DNA of 63,856 bases, filler included, from Octopus bimaculoides (Eukaryota), in assembly GCF_001194135.2 (NCBI RefSeq). It is 8 parts of 8 records of this genome, joined end to end, with 100 filler letters (N's around TTAATTAATTAA, not from the genome) between each part and the next. Parts side by side here need not be neighbours in the genome. Positions count along the whole stretch, not along the records: positions 26,169 to 31,311 come from NW_026408234.1; positions 31,412 to 43,199 come from NC_068998.1; 6 more parts are not named here. The stretch is one strand, 5' to 3'. The position numbers and the translations under genes are program-made. The notes below the pieces were generated by a model. That model worked only from the letters and a program-made list of their open reading frames with translations, had not been told where the DNA came from and made no database searches. Below are positions 26,329-39,675 of the stretch, one piece after another. Each line of letters opens with the position of its first letter. Position 1 is the first letter of the stretch.

Positions 26329-26736
26329 TCTCTTTTACTCTTTTACTTGTTTCAGTCATGTGACTGTGGCCATGCTGGAGCACCGCCTTTAGTCGAGCAA
26401 ATCGATCCCAGGACGTATTCTTTGTAAGCCTAGTACTTATTCTATCGTTCTCTTTTGCCGAACCGCTAAGTTATGGGGATGGAAACACACCAGCATCGGT
26501 TGTCAAGCGATGCTAGGGGAGACAAACACAGACACACAAACATATACACACACATACATATATATACATACATATATGCGACGGGCTTCTTTCAATTTCC
26601 GTCTACCAAATCCACTCACAAGGCTTTGGTCAGTCCGAGGCTATAGTAGAAGACACTTGCCCAAGGTGCCACGCAGTGGGACTGAACCCGGAACCATGTG
26701 GTTCATAAGCAAGCTACTTACCACACAGCCACTCCT
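26329..26736 (-). mobile_element. Full-length SINE family A
   Basis: Reverse complement of 11154-11563 over its whole length. Confidence 0.92.
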
Positions 26737-26919
26737 AAATAATAATAATAATCCTTTCTACTATAAGCACAAGGCCTGAAATTTTGGGGGAGGGGGGGCC
26801 ACTCGATTAGATCAATCCCAGTACACAACTGGTACTTCATTTATCGACCCCCCTCCCCAAAAGGATGAAAGGCAAAATCAACCTTGCTGGAATGTCAACT
26901 CAGAATGTAAAGACAGATG

Positions 26920-27400
26920 AAATATAATAATAACAAAAACAACAACAATAATAAGAACAACAACAACAACAATAATAATAATAACAATAATAATGACAAC
27001 AACAACAATAATAATAATAACAACAACAACAACAATAATAATAACAATAATAATAATAATAATAATAATAGAGATAATAATAGTGATAATCTAAAAATAA
27101 CAACACAGAGAGGAGTTGCCCCACCCCACCTCATCCACCCATCTACCCATTTACCTGTTCAAAGTCTACTTGGATCTTCAAGTGGTGCTGTTTTAAAATC
27201 ACTTAAGTCCTTGTGGCAGCTGTTGGTGCTGTTGGTGTTGTTGTTGTTGTTGTTGTCCCTGGTTGCTGTCACTGCTGACGTCGTTGCTCTTGTCATTGTC
27301 ACTGTTGTTTTTGTTTTTGTTGTTGTGGTGGTGGTTGTTATTGTTGCAGCTGCTGTTGTTGTTGTTGCTGTTCTTGATTTTGTTAGTGTTGCTGTTGTTT
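26920..27400. repeat. (AAT/AAC)n tract followed by an opposite-polarity (GTT)n low-complexity tract
   Basis: Direct inspection; explains the poly-N, poly-V and poly-L ORFs. Confidence 0.9.
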
Positions 27401-27603
27401 ACCCCCAGGTTTGTCTCCATTTGAGCCAATCTATAATTAAAGACATCCCATGCATGACTTTCTCATTCTTTCTTTTCTCTTGCACAGTTCACCTAGGACC
27501 ACATTTTCCAAAATGTCTTCTACTATAGCCCCAGTTCTTCCAAAGCCTTGTCAGAGGGTTTCATAGATGGAATCTGAAAGAGGCCTGTCGTGTGTGCATG
27601 GAA

Positions 27604-27688
<85 letters not shown>

Positions 27689-27690
27689 TA

Positions 27691-28795
27691 CAGGGTGTAA
27701 GAGGTATTCAAGGACACTCAGCTACTCTCTTCAAGCCAAGTAAAAGGTTTAATTTCTTCCTGATCCCTTAAAGGCAGATAAAACGCTAGTGCAAGAAATG
27801 AAAAGCCATACATTGTTGCCATTTGTGTGGAATTTTAGCATTTTAGAAATTGCTAATTTTCTAAATGTTCCAAGATCTTTTCTTTGGATGGAATTTGAAG
27901 CTTCTAACAGGAATATTTCAACTGTATCACAGAAAAAAAAATATTATAAGGACACCAAAATTCTTTCAGTAAGTTCAAAACATTATCCACGATGATCTCA
28001 GAAAAATCAATGATGGCCATCACCAAAGAACATCAGGTTTTGGATTGGACTATCAGAATTGTGGTGCACGAGAACATTTCACACAAGTTTGAATACTGAG
28101 GAGAGGCAAGCTCATGTCTGCAAAGGGAAGAAATCTATTTGATCCATGCTAAGTGATTACTCAGCAAGGTTTAAACGCCTTTATGAACATGGTTGCTGTT
28201 GTCTTTCTATCATAAGTAAAACTTTGATCAGGATTAAAAGTCTAACAGGAGAAATGACAGATGGTGATGCAACCATCCTTCTGATATCCCCGGAGTGATG
28301 CGCATGAAGTCTATAGCAACTGTGATGGTTTTCGGAGTGGTGAGTATTGAAGGTTATGTCACACCACCTCACATCTATCCATAGAGTCTTAGAATTAATG
28401 CTGTTGGATATGCTGAGGTGCTGCAGATTGTTGTTAAGCCCTGGATGGATGAAATATGCAGTGAAAGGCCATATGTGTTTCAATAAGGCTCAGCACTTTC
28501 TCACAAAGTCCACATAATGCAAGAATGGATATCAGACAATATTTATGCTCATTAAACACCAAATTTGTGGCCTCCAAATGCACCAGATTGAAATCAAATG
28601 GTCTAAGTACATGCAGAACATTGTTAAAAAGGAGACAAATCCAACATTGTCACAATACCATAGCTTCAGTGAAAACTGTTGTGGTCCAGTTATCTGAAAC
28701 AAATAAGGACCATTTAGTGCAGGCATGTCAACCATTTTAAGTCCTACATTGGAAGAGTCATCAAAACTCAAGATGAAGTCATAGAATAATTCTTA
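27691..28795 (+). mobile_element. Degenerate Tc1/mariner (maT/DD37D-like) transposon
   Basis: TA-CAGGGTG start; frameshifted LEIANFLNVPRSF.., KNFDQD.KSNRRNDRW, VVKPWMDEICSERPYVFQ, TPNLWPPN.PD. Confidence 0.8.
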
Positions 28796-28909
28796 AAAGA
28801 AAGCTTTTCAAAGACACACACACAATTTTTTATTAGAATATATTTGGTTTTAGCTAGATTAGAGTTTTACCAAATATTTCCTCAAATACCTCTTACACTT
28901 TCTATATAT

Positions 28910-29212
28910 ATATATGCGTGCGTGTCTGTATGTGTGTGTGTGTGTGTGTGCGCGTTTGAATGTTTGTTTGTGTGTGTGTGCATGTGTGTTTGTGTATCTG
29001 TGTCTGTATGTGTTTGTTTGTATGTGTGCGGTTGTTAGTTAGTGTGTATGTGTGCGTGTGTGCTTGTGTGTTTGTGTTTGTGTGTGTGTATCTGTGTTTG
29101 TATGTGTTTGTTTGAGTGTGTGTATATATGTGTGTTTATTAGTGAGTGCATCTGCATTTGAGTGTGTGTGTATGTGTGCTTGCATGTTTCTGTGCTTGCA
29201 TGTGTGTGTGCA

Positions 29213-29249
<37 letters not shown>

Positions 29250-29580
29250 ATGTGTGTTTGTGTATCTGTGTCTGTATGTGTTTGTTTGTGTGTGTATGTG
29301 TGTTTGTTAGTGAGTGTATATGTGTTTGTTTGAGTGTGTATGTGTGCGTGTGTGCTTGTGTGTTTGTGTTTGTGTGTGTGTGTGTGTGCATGTGTGTTTG
29401 TGTATCTGTGTCTGTATGTGTTTGTTTGAGTGTGTGTATATGTGTGTGTTTATTAGTGAGTATATCTGCATTTGAGTGTGTGTGTGTGTGTGTATGTGTG
29501 CTTGCATGTTTCTGTGCATGTGTTTGTGTGCTTGCATGTGTGTGTGTGTGTGTGTGTGTGCATATGTGTGTGTATGCTTG
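28910..29580. repeat. Compound (TG)n-derived minisatellite with ~270-310-bp higher-order duplication
   Basis: Blocks TGTGTTTGTGTATCTGTGTCTGTATGTGTTTGTTTG (x3) and TTAGTGAGT..ATCTGCATTTGAGTG (x2) recur in order. Confidence 0.75.
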
Positions 29581-29975
29581 ACCTCATTGCATGTAAACAG
29601 ACTCGGCTTGCCCAACCCTAGACCTAGTTTCTTTCAGGTTTTTCTCTATCTGAGCTAATTATCTCATTCTTTCACTGCTTATCACCATTAAATGTAATCT
29701 ATCATCATAAGTGTCACCATGTATGTGTGTGTGTGTGTGTATACATCTGCATGTATTCACATATGTGCCTGCATTATGTGTGTTTATGTGTGTGTATGGC
29801 TCTCCATACATGTGGATCACTTTGTGTTTCTGTTTGTCCCCCCACCACTACCACTTGACATTGAGTGTTGGTTTGTTTATGCCCCTGTAACTTAGCAGAT
29901 TCACGAATGATAAAACAAGTGTTGGGGATCAATTTCTTCATCTAAAACACTTCAAGGCAGTGCCCCAGTATGGCC

Positions 29976-30007
<32 letters not shown>

Positions 30008-30881
30008 AGCATATGCATATATCCATACATATTTTCATTTTCATTTTCATTTTATCCAGTTTCAGCTCATGAGCTGTGGCCATGCTGGGGCACTGCCATT
30101 TTGTGTTGCTACACAATNNNNNNNNNNNNNNNNNNNNNNNNNNNNNNNNNNNNNNNNNNNNNNNNNNNNNNNNNNNNNNNNNNNNNNNNNNNNNNNNNNN
30201 NNNNNNNNNNNNNNNNNNNNNNNNNNNNNNNNNNNNNNNNNNNNNNNNNNNNNNNNNNNNNNNNNNNNNNNNNNNNNNNNNNNNNNNNNNNNNNNNNNNN
30301 NNNNNNNNNNNNNNNNNNNNNNNNNNNNNNNNNNNNNNNNNNNNNNNNNNNNNNNNNNNNNNNNNNNNNNNNNNNNNNNNNNNNNNNNNNNNNNNNNNNN
30401 NNNNNNNNNNNNNNNNNNNNNNNNNNNNNNNNNNNNNNNNNNNNNNNNNNNNNNNNNNNNNNNNNNNNNNNNNNNNNNNNNNNNNNNNNNNNNNNNNNNN
30501 NNNNNNNNNNNNNNNNNNNNNNNNNNNNNNNNNNNNNNNNNNNNNNNNNNNNNNNNNNNNNNNNNNNNNNNNNNNNNNNNNNNNNNNNNNNNNNNNNNNN
30601 NNNNNNNNNNNNNNNNNNNNNNNNNNNNNNNNNNNNNNNNNNNNNNNNNNNNNNNNNNNNNNNNNNNNNNNNNNNNNNNNNNNNNNNNNNNNNNNNNNNN
30701 NNNNNNNNNNNNNNNNNNNNNNNNNNNNNNNNNNNNNNNNNNNNNNNNNNNNNNNNNNNNNNNNNNNNNNNNNNNNNNNNNNNNNNNNNNNNNNNNNNNN
30801 NNNNNNNNNNNNNNNNNNNNNNNNNNNNNNNNNNNNNNNNNNNNNNNNNNNNNNNNNNNNNNNNNNNNNNNNNNNNNNNNN

Positions 30882-31310
30882 GCAACATGAACATGAAAGG
30901 ATGCATTATTACTCATGTAAATGCCCAGGTCTCGCACTGTCTCTGCCTCTGGGATTGCAGTCCCTCCAGGTCCAGTGTATTTCATGGGTTCTGCATTTAG
31001 TCTTGCATGCTGATAGCATAAGGCTTAAAACTTTTCAGCATTAAACTGCATGTTATTCTTTTCAGCCCACTTGTATATTTCATCCAGCTCACATTGCAGG
31101 TGTATAGTGTCTTCAGGGTTCTGTATTACCTGTGAGACTTTTGTGTCATCTGCATAACTTGTGACCGTGGCTCTCTGTGTGGCTGAGGGCATGTCTGAGA
31201 GGGTCATTATGAACTGTAATGGTCCCAAAACAGTGCCTTGCGGAACACCGCTCACTATCTATGTGTCATTGGAGGTGGCCCCATTGGCTACTACCACCTG
31301 ACTTCTATCC
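30882..31310 (-). mobile_element. CR1-group LINE reverse transcriptase fragment
   Basis: SGVPQGTVLGPLQF..SYADDTKV..KWAEKNNMQFNAEKF..VRDLGIYMS. Confidence 0.92.
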
Positions 31311-31411
31311 TNNNNNNNNNNNNNNNNNNNNNNNNNNNNNNNNNNNNNNNNNNNNTTAATTAATTAANNNNNNNNNNNNNNNNNNNNNNNNNNNNNNNNN
31401 NNNNNNNNNNN

Positions 31412-31735
31412 GACGCGTTTAGTTTCCAGTAACCGGAGCCCTGCCTATGTGTCTTATCTAAGTCTAGCGTACACGTCACAAGTTTGTGATCCGTGTAGCT
31501 GACTATGTGAAATTGTGGACACCCTATGCTATCTCTATCTACTCTCCTACACAGTATTCTATCTAGATACGATCTCGACGACCCGATGCGGTTTGTCCAT
31601 GTCCACATTGGCGCATTCGGGTAATCGAGTCGGTACCTGTCAAACAGTTGAAAGCGTCTGAGCAGGCCTTTGAGGCATTTGCATCCCCGTCTATTCCTAT
31701 CTCTGCCCACATAGTCTAGATGCGTGTCCAAGGTA
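31412..31735 (-). mobile_element. Tx1/L1-clade APE endonuclease fragment
   Basis: MWTWTNRIGSSRSYLDRIL..SYTDHKLV..GSGYWKLN. Confidence 0.92.
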
Positions 31736-31737
31736 GC

Positions 31738-31979
31738 ATTATTCCAGTGACGAGGAACTGAAAACTGTAGTAAATAAGTGGCTCAAAGAACAGTCAACAG
31801 GGATACATGCTCTCATTCGAAGGTGTAATATTGCTATTGAGAGAAACGGTGACTATGTTGAGAAGTAGGGATGTGATCTACAGAGGACCAGCTTCATTTT
31901 GATGTATGATGCATGTTCCTGTGTTGGTAATTATACCTGTCCTAAACAAAATGGCATTACTTTTTGACTCACCCTCGTT
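31738..31979 (+). mobile_element. Mariner 3' end with right TIR
   Basis: SSDEELKTVVNKWLKEQS..GIHALIRRCNIAIERNGDYVEK*; ends TTTTTGACTCACCCTCGT. Confidence 0.88.
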
Positions 31980-33529
31980 TCTATACGATCTTATGCCTGC
32001 AAGTAGATCTAAACTTTGTGAACAAAATTGGGTCGACAGAGACTGCCTAAGTTTTATCTGAATACTTCCGCATGTGTATCTTGTAAACGTCTGTGGATTT
32101 TTGGCACGGTATACAAAAGCTGAGACACCGTAAACCCTTAGCTGTTACAGGATTGGGTCGTCGGCTTCAATGGCGAGGTCGGGATTTTGGTGCAATACAT
32201 TGAGGTTTGGCTGTAGTTTTTAATCTCATAGCGAGGAGAGTGACACTCCAAAATTTCTTTAATGTATTAGAGGCACACGCCGATTTCCTCTGAGAATTAT
32301 GATATAGGTGCACGTGTCTTTAGAAGGTCTGTCTGCCATTTACGCGTTAATTTAATGAGCAGGAAATCTCATTGATCGAACAAATGAAACCTAATCGTCG
32401 AAGCCGACGGAGAGCTACCCATATATCAATACCCATCAGTGTTACAAAAAAAAATATATATAATAATAATTTAATGAAGTACAGTCAATAACGGTGTGAT
32501 TCTATTTCGTAGCATTTATAATTTGAATCCAACTCCACAATATTTTACATTCATCCTTCTGCTGTATAAGCAACGTGAGAATTAAACAAAATTTTGAAAA
32601 ATATAAAATGTAAAAATTTAAAGAATATTTATATATATAATCGATGAGTAAACCGTATTGGGTGTTAATTTAATGTCTGAATCCTTGAGAAATAAAACAG
32701 ATTGTTGGAAAAGGAAGATTTCTTGGAGAAGGGTTTTAATAGGATGAAATAAGATGTGAGAAGAATAGGTTAATGAGGTCACGAAAAAATTTAGCGAAAA
32801 TGAGTAAAAACGGTTTTATTGGATAACTTGAATGAAATATACGAATAAGAAAGAAAAAAAAATACTAACAATGAATATATATCTACATGACGCATGCGCA
32901 CAGAAATGAAATTTGGATGAAGAAATTTTTTTTTTAAATGAAGGTATCCATAAGTTTTATACGTTACAAATATATATATATATATATATATATANNNNNN
33001 NNNNATATATATATATATATATATATATACAGAGAGAGAGATAGAGAGAGAAAGAAAGACAGACAGACAGACGAAGAGGGACACATACAAAAATGTATTC
33101 ATATATATATAAATATATATGTGTTTATATATATGTGTGTGTATGGTTATAATAGCATATCGATATTAGTTTACCATTTATTTTCAATTATTTTGACTAG
33201 TTTGCAAGTTTCAGTAGACTTTAAATAAGAATCTATCCAATGTACACACACATACATGCACACATACACACACGCACGCACAAGCACACACACACACACA
33301 TGTATACAGATTCATTTATGCATGCATGCATGTACGTATGTATGCATTGTGTATATATGTGTATATCAATATGTTCGATTAAACCCATTGGTCATCTCGA
33401 TTGTTTTTTAACAATCCCTTACGGGCGGATATTGCTTCTTCAAATTCTGTATATATATATAAGCATTGTAGTTGACTTGAAGCATTGTAGTACAGGAGTA
33501 CTTGAATTCCATGCTACTTCACTACATGG

Positions 33530-33870
33530 TCCTCACCCTAGACGAGATACCTGGCCGATGTTTATCAAGTCCTTCCTGAGCCTGTCCATGGTGTAGCCGT
33601 TGATATGGCTTGAGAAAACCAGGCCGTCGTCCCTATAGAGGACCGACCTATGTCGGTGGGTACGTCTCTTAAAGGTATCCAAGATGTACAACCCGACGAA
33701 GTCGGAGATTTCAGCCACGTCAAAGCACTCCATAGAAATGTTGAACAACGGCTCGCGTTCTTTTTTCACCCAGAAGGAATCATCTTGGCCCACAATTAAC
33801 TTTCTGGTTTTCATGAAAATTTTGATGTCAAGGTCACTAATGCTGGTGCAGCGTTCAGCATTGTGCATAT
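33530..33870 (-). mobile_element. Penelope-like reverse transcriptase fragment
   Basis: LFNISMECFDVAEISDFVGLYILD..LYRDDGL..MDRLRKDLI. Confidence 0.9.
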
Positions 33871-33958
33871 ATATGCACCCTTTCTGCTATTGCATCCATT
33901 GTTACGTTCTAAAAAAATAGATAAATATTCATACTGAAGATGCATACATATATACATA

Positions 33959-34005
<47 letters not shown>

Positions 34006-35363
34006 GCATACATATATATACATACATATATACATATATGTGTGTGTATGTATATATAAGTATATATTTATATGTATATATATTTATATATATATATATA
34101 TANNNNNNNNNNNNNNNNNNNNNNNNNNNNNNNNNNNNNNNNNNNNNNNNNNNNNNNNNNNNNNNNNNNNNNNNNNNNNNNNNNNNNNNNNNNNNNNNNN
34201 NNNNNNNNNNNNNNNNNNNNNNNNNNNNNNNNNNNNNNNNNNNNNNNNNNNNNNNNNNNNNNNNNNNNNNNNNNNNNNNNNNNNNNNNNNNNNNNNNNNN
34301 NNNNNNNNNNNNNNNNNNNNNNNNNNNNNNNNNNNNNNNNNNNNNNNNNNNNNNNNNNNNNNNNNNNNNNNNNNNNNNNNNNNNNNNNNNNNNNNNNNNN
34401 NNNNNNNNNNNNNNNNNNNNNNNNNNNNNNNNNNNNNNNNNNNNNNNNNNNNNNNNNNNNNNNNNNNNNNNNNNNNNNNNNNNNNNNNNNNNNNNNNNNN
34501 NNNNNNNNNNNNNNNNNNNNNNNNNNNNNNNNNNNNNNNNNNNNNNNNNNNNNNNNNNNNNNNNNNNNNNNNNNNNNNNNNNNNNNNNNNNNNNNNNNNN
34601 NNNNNNNNNNNNNNNNNNNNNNNNNNNNNNNNNNNNNNNNNNNNNNNNNNNNNNNNNNNNNNNNNNNNNNNNNNNNNNNNNNNNNNNNNNNNNNNNNNNN
34701 NNNNNNNNNNNNNNNNNTATATATGCACAGACATCTACGTAGGCACAACTCTGTACTTGTAGACAAAACGTGGTGAGACACGAGAAATTTACATATATAA
34801 GCGTATAAAAATAAATATATATTGATAAAAACAAAACACGAGGCATAAACACATGCGTTGTTGTATTGTTACTTAATTAAAAGTTCATGGGAAATTTTTC
34901 AATTTTATCCAGTTTACACGTTCTAATTACCGACGTTGCTGTTGCTGACGTTCCGACTGTCATCGCATTTTCTTTTTTAATTTGTATATATTTGCCTGCG
35001 TTTTTTTTTTCCTCTTTTTTATCCTGTCTGTTGTTGTGGTTGATTTTGTTGTTGCTGCACACGCTGGTGTTGTTGCTGTTGTTGTTGTTGTTGTGATTGT
35101 TAATCTTAATGATTATCTCTTCTTGCTTCTCATACACACACACACACACACGCACACACATATATATTATTGTTGTTGCAGTTGTTGATTTTGTTCTTGC
35201 ACTTTGCGGTAATATTGTTAATTTGTTGTTTGTGTTTTGTTTCTTATATTTTTTTACAAACTCATGTTGTTGTTGTTGTTATTCTTGTTGGTGCTGTTGT
35301 CGTCAATCTGGATGATAATGTGCATTGTGCACTATTGTGGTAGATGGTAGCTCTCTTCTTCTT

Positions 35364-35432
<69 letters not shown>

Positions 35433-35467
35433 ATTCTTCTTCTTATTATTATTATTATCATTATTCC

Positions 35468-35514
<47 letters not shown>

Positions 35515-35579
35515 GCAGAAAACATCTCTTTTAATTGTTCTAACAGCTGTTGTTCTTGATACTCTCCTTGTTGTTGATT

Positions 35580-35611
<32 letters not shown>

Positions 35612-35995
35612 AATCCTGATGACAAGGCGGTTTGTTGGGGAAGTTTTTTTTTATATTATCATATATTGTTTTACGTTTTTATTTTCTTTAACAAAACATT
35701 CATTTTTTTAATATTATTGCCGATACAGTGCTGCTGGTGGTGGTGGTGGTGGTGGTGGTGGTGGTGGTAGTGGTGGTGGTGATGGGTTCTGGTGTTCATG
35801 ATACTGTTGTTAACGTAGCTATAGTTGTTGTTGTTGTTGGCACATCATTTTCATGAGTGTATTTTTCTTATTTGTTCTTGTTAATATTCTTTTTCTAAGA
35901 TTCTTTCCTTTCTTCCCCACCCCCTCCAACACACCTTTCTCGTGTTACAATTTCCCTTATATTTATTTAATGCACTCATTTCATAATTCACTCAC

Positions 35996-36012
35996 CTGAC
36001 ATTTCGCGACAT
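35996..36012 (-). other. Possible first coding exon (MSRNV-) with strong donor
   Basis: AAAAT-ATG TCG CGA AAT GTC AG|GTGAGT; no downstream exon could be linked. Confidence 0.2.
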
Positions 36013-37878
36013 ATTTTGTATTGTTTTAATAACAACAGCAAGAACAAGAACAAAAACAACAACGACGACGATGATGATGATGATGATGATGATGATAATT
36101 ATAACGATAATAAGAATCTTTTTTATTTGTTACCTGGGTCCCTTCAAACATGCAATTAAAACGTTGCATTTAGGAGACGCAAAAACTTGTGGGGTAGACA
36201 GAACGAAATTATATAAAATCGGGGTGGTAGTGTAAAGACGTCATAACATGTACTTTCTACTATTGGCACAAGGTCTGTAATTTGGGGGAAGGGTAGTCGA
36301 TTACATCGACCCCCGTACTCAACTGGTACTTACTTTATCCACCCCGATGTGATGAAAGGCAGTGCCGACCTCGGCGGAATTTGAACACAGAATATAAAGA
36401 CGGACAAAATGCCGCTAAGCATTTTTGCCCGGCTGCTGACGATTCTGCCAAAATAAAAATTTATGAAGATGGAGACACACATAGTTATAAACATGTATTT
36501 CCTCTTTCTCTCTTTCACTCTCTCCCCCCTCCCTCTCTCTTTATTTATCTATCTATCTATCTACCTATCTATCTCCCTCTAAGACGATTGACAGACGAAG
36601 ATCAAAAGCTTCATCTTATTAAATATGCCTGAATCAGTAAACTTGGCGGCTTCTTTGCTTTGCAAAAAAAATATATATACGCACACATACAATGCATACA
36701 TGCATACACCCATAACTACATGTTTGCGTGAATATATCTGTGTGTCTATGTGTGTGTGTGTGTGTGCATGAGCATGTATATATATATATATATATATATA
36801 TACATACATATAAGCGCACACATACACACACATACACACGCACTTACACAAATACAGTAACACCAACATGCACACTTAACTTATAAATCAAGATGTTAAA
36901 AGAAAAAATGGATACATATACATATATAGAATAATGCATATATCTATAAACATAATCATCTATATATATACATATGCATATATATATATATATATANNNN
37001 NNNNNNNNNNNNNNNNNNNNNNNNNNNNNNNNNNNNNNNNNNNNNNNNNNNNNNNNNNNNNNNNNNNNNNNNNNNNNNNNNNNNNNNNNNNNNNNNNNNN
37101 NNNNNNNNNNNNNNNNNNNNNNNNNNNNNNNNNNNNNNNNNNNNNNNNNNNNNNNNNNNNNNNNNNNNNNNNNNNNNNNNNNNNNNNNNNNNNNNNNNNN
37201 NNNNNNNNNNNNNNNNNNNNNNNNNNNNNNNNNNNNNNNNNNNNNNNNNNNNNNNNNNNNNNNNNNNNNNNNNNNNNNNNNNNNNNNNNNNNNNNNNNNN
37301 NNNNNNNNNNNNNNNNNNNNNNNNNNNNNNNNNNNNNNNNNNNNNNNNNNNNNNNNNNNNNNNNNNNNNNNNNNNNNNNNNNNNNNNNNNNNNNNNNNNN
37401 NNNNNNNNNNNNNNNNNNNNNNNNNNNNNNNNNNNNNNNNNNNNNNNNNNNNNNNNNNNNNNNNNNNNNNNNNNNNNNNNNNNNNNNNNNNNNNNNNNNN
37501 NNNNNNNNNNNNNNNNNNNNNNNNNNNNNNNNNNNNNNNNNNNNNNNNNNNNNNNNNNNNNNNNNNNNNNNNNNNNNNNNNNNNNNNNNNNNNNNNNNNN
37601 NNNNNNNNNNNNNNNNNNNNNNNNNNNNNNNNNNNNNNNNNNNNNNNNNNNNNNNNNNNNNNNNNNNNNNNNNNNNNNNNNNNNNNNNNNNNNNNNNNNN
37701 NNNNNNNNNNNNNNNNNNNNNNNNNNNNNNNNNNNNNNNNNNNNNNNNNNNNNNNNNNNNNNNNNNNNNNNNNNNNNNNNNNNNNNNNNNNNNNNNNNNN
37801 NNNNNNNNNNNNNNNNNNNNNNNNNNNNNNNNNNNNNNNNNNNNNNNNNNNNNNNNNNNNNNNNNNNNNNNNNNNNNN

Positions 37879-38200
37879 GGTGGTGATGGTGATGTTAGTA
37901 ATGATGATGGTGTCTGATGGTGATGATGATGGTGATGGTTGTGTCAGCGATGGTGGTGGTGGAGGTGGCGGTGGCGCCGTTGATCGTCGTCGTAGTGGTG
38001 GTGATGGTGGTGATAGTGGTGGTGGTGATAGCAGCAGCAGTGTTGGTGGTGAAGGTGGCGGTGGTGGTGGTAGCGGTGGTGATGTTAGTAGCGGTGGTAG
38101 TGGTGGTGGTGATGGTAACATGGCTGGTGTTGAGTAGTGATGGAATAGTAATGATAGTAACGGTGATAGTATATTTCGTTATAGTATAGGCGGTAGTAAT
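37879..38200 (+). repeat. (GGT/GAT/AGT)n low-complexity tract; similar tracts at 40010-40600 and 50980-52060
   Basis: Direct inspection; all G-rich on the plus strand. Confidence 0.85.
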
Positions 38201-38712
38201 GATGCTGGTAACAGGCAGAGGCGAAGCTTTTCGTGATGATGATAGTCGTGAAGATAACAGTGAAGAAGCTTGTAACCGTAAAGGAAACGTAAAGGATTCG
38301 TCTTTGATAATAAGCATTGAAAACGCTTCCACAAACAATAAATTCGGTTCGAAAGTCAGCAGAAACATTTCCAATAAACCATAATCTGGAAAAATTCGAA
38401 ATGGATGTCATTATAGACATTAAAACAGTATAATTTAATAATCACATAACAATTTCAGAACACATTGAACGAACGATTATTGCCCATCAATAATTCAATC
38501 GAAAATGTAGAGGTACAAGATAGTACTATGTACAGCTTATTGTTAGGAAACAAAAGTAAAGAACGATAATATAAAATTTTATTCTTAATACGTTCCAGCA
38601 CATTCGAGCGTGAATATGCTAGCTGATTTTGTAATTCGTCATTGGAGAACAGCTACCATCTTCAGAGAAATGTCTATTCATAATATTTTCGATTCACTAA
38701 TATATGGAACTT

Positions 38713-38757
38713 TGGAAACCCGCTGTTTCGACATCATTGCGTCTCCTCAGCCAGTGC
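38713..38757 (-). ncRNA. Compact type-I hammerhead with intact core, weak stem I
   Basis: Minus strand GCACTGG-CTGAGGA-GAC GCAATGAT GTC-GAAA-CAGCGGG-TT-TCCA. Confidence 0.6.
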
Positions 38758-38909
38758 TACCGCGGACTAATGAAGTTAACAAATGTTATTACTTATTTGA
38801 ACTTGCGGTGTCATTCATATATATATACACACACAGATGAGAAAGATCTAAACACATAGGCATTCTATCACAGAGTTTACACTTACATACTTACATATAT
38901 GTGTGTGTA

Positions 38910-38972
<63 letters not shown>

Positions 38973-39633
38973 AGAGAGGGAGAGAGTGAGGTTTAGTGCG
39001 ACAAACATAATTCAACTCATGAAGGTACGTTCGCTTTTACTATTTGCTAGAAAGCATTAAAGTGAGTTAGCGGCCCAGTGTACAGTTTCCTATATGGCAC
39101 CTCTCAGGTCATGAACGAAACTTGGTTTTTGAGCCACTTTTTGTTTCTTTCTACCGATTAAACTATGTTCACACACACAGACAAATATAGACACACACAT
39201 ATAAACGGACAGAGAGAGAGAGGTTGAGAGAGGGTGAACAGATGCAGTGAAAGAGAGAGACTGAAAGGGAGAGAGAAAGAGAGAAAAGTAGACAGTTTGT
39301 TAGATAGATAGATAAATAGAGAGAGAGAGAGACAGACAGAGAGACAGAGAGAGACAGAGAGAAAGAGAGAGACAGAGAGAGAGACAGACAGACAGAGACA
39401 GACAGACAGAGACAGCGAGAGAGAGATACGTAGGTAAGTGGGTAGGTGGGTAGGTAGGTAGGTAGGTAGGTAGGTAGGTAGGTAGGTAGGTAAGTGGGTA
39501 GGTAGGTAGGTGAGTAGGTAGGTATGTGTTTAGGTAGAAAGACATGCAGAGAAACACAGATAAATACACAGACAGACAGACTGATAGACAAACAGACATA
39601 CAGAGAGACAGACAGAGAGACAGACAGACAGAC

Positions 39634-39675
<42 letters not shown>

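Noticed and set aside
37895-38420. Three overlapping ORFs of 61-159 aa
   Set aside because: Openness is explained by adjoining low-complexity DNA; no frame can be preferred
39430-39530. (GGTA)n tract and other telomere-like words
   Set aside because: Ordinary tetranucleotide microsatellite, not a TTAGGG array
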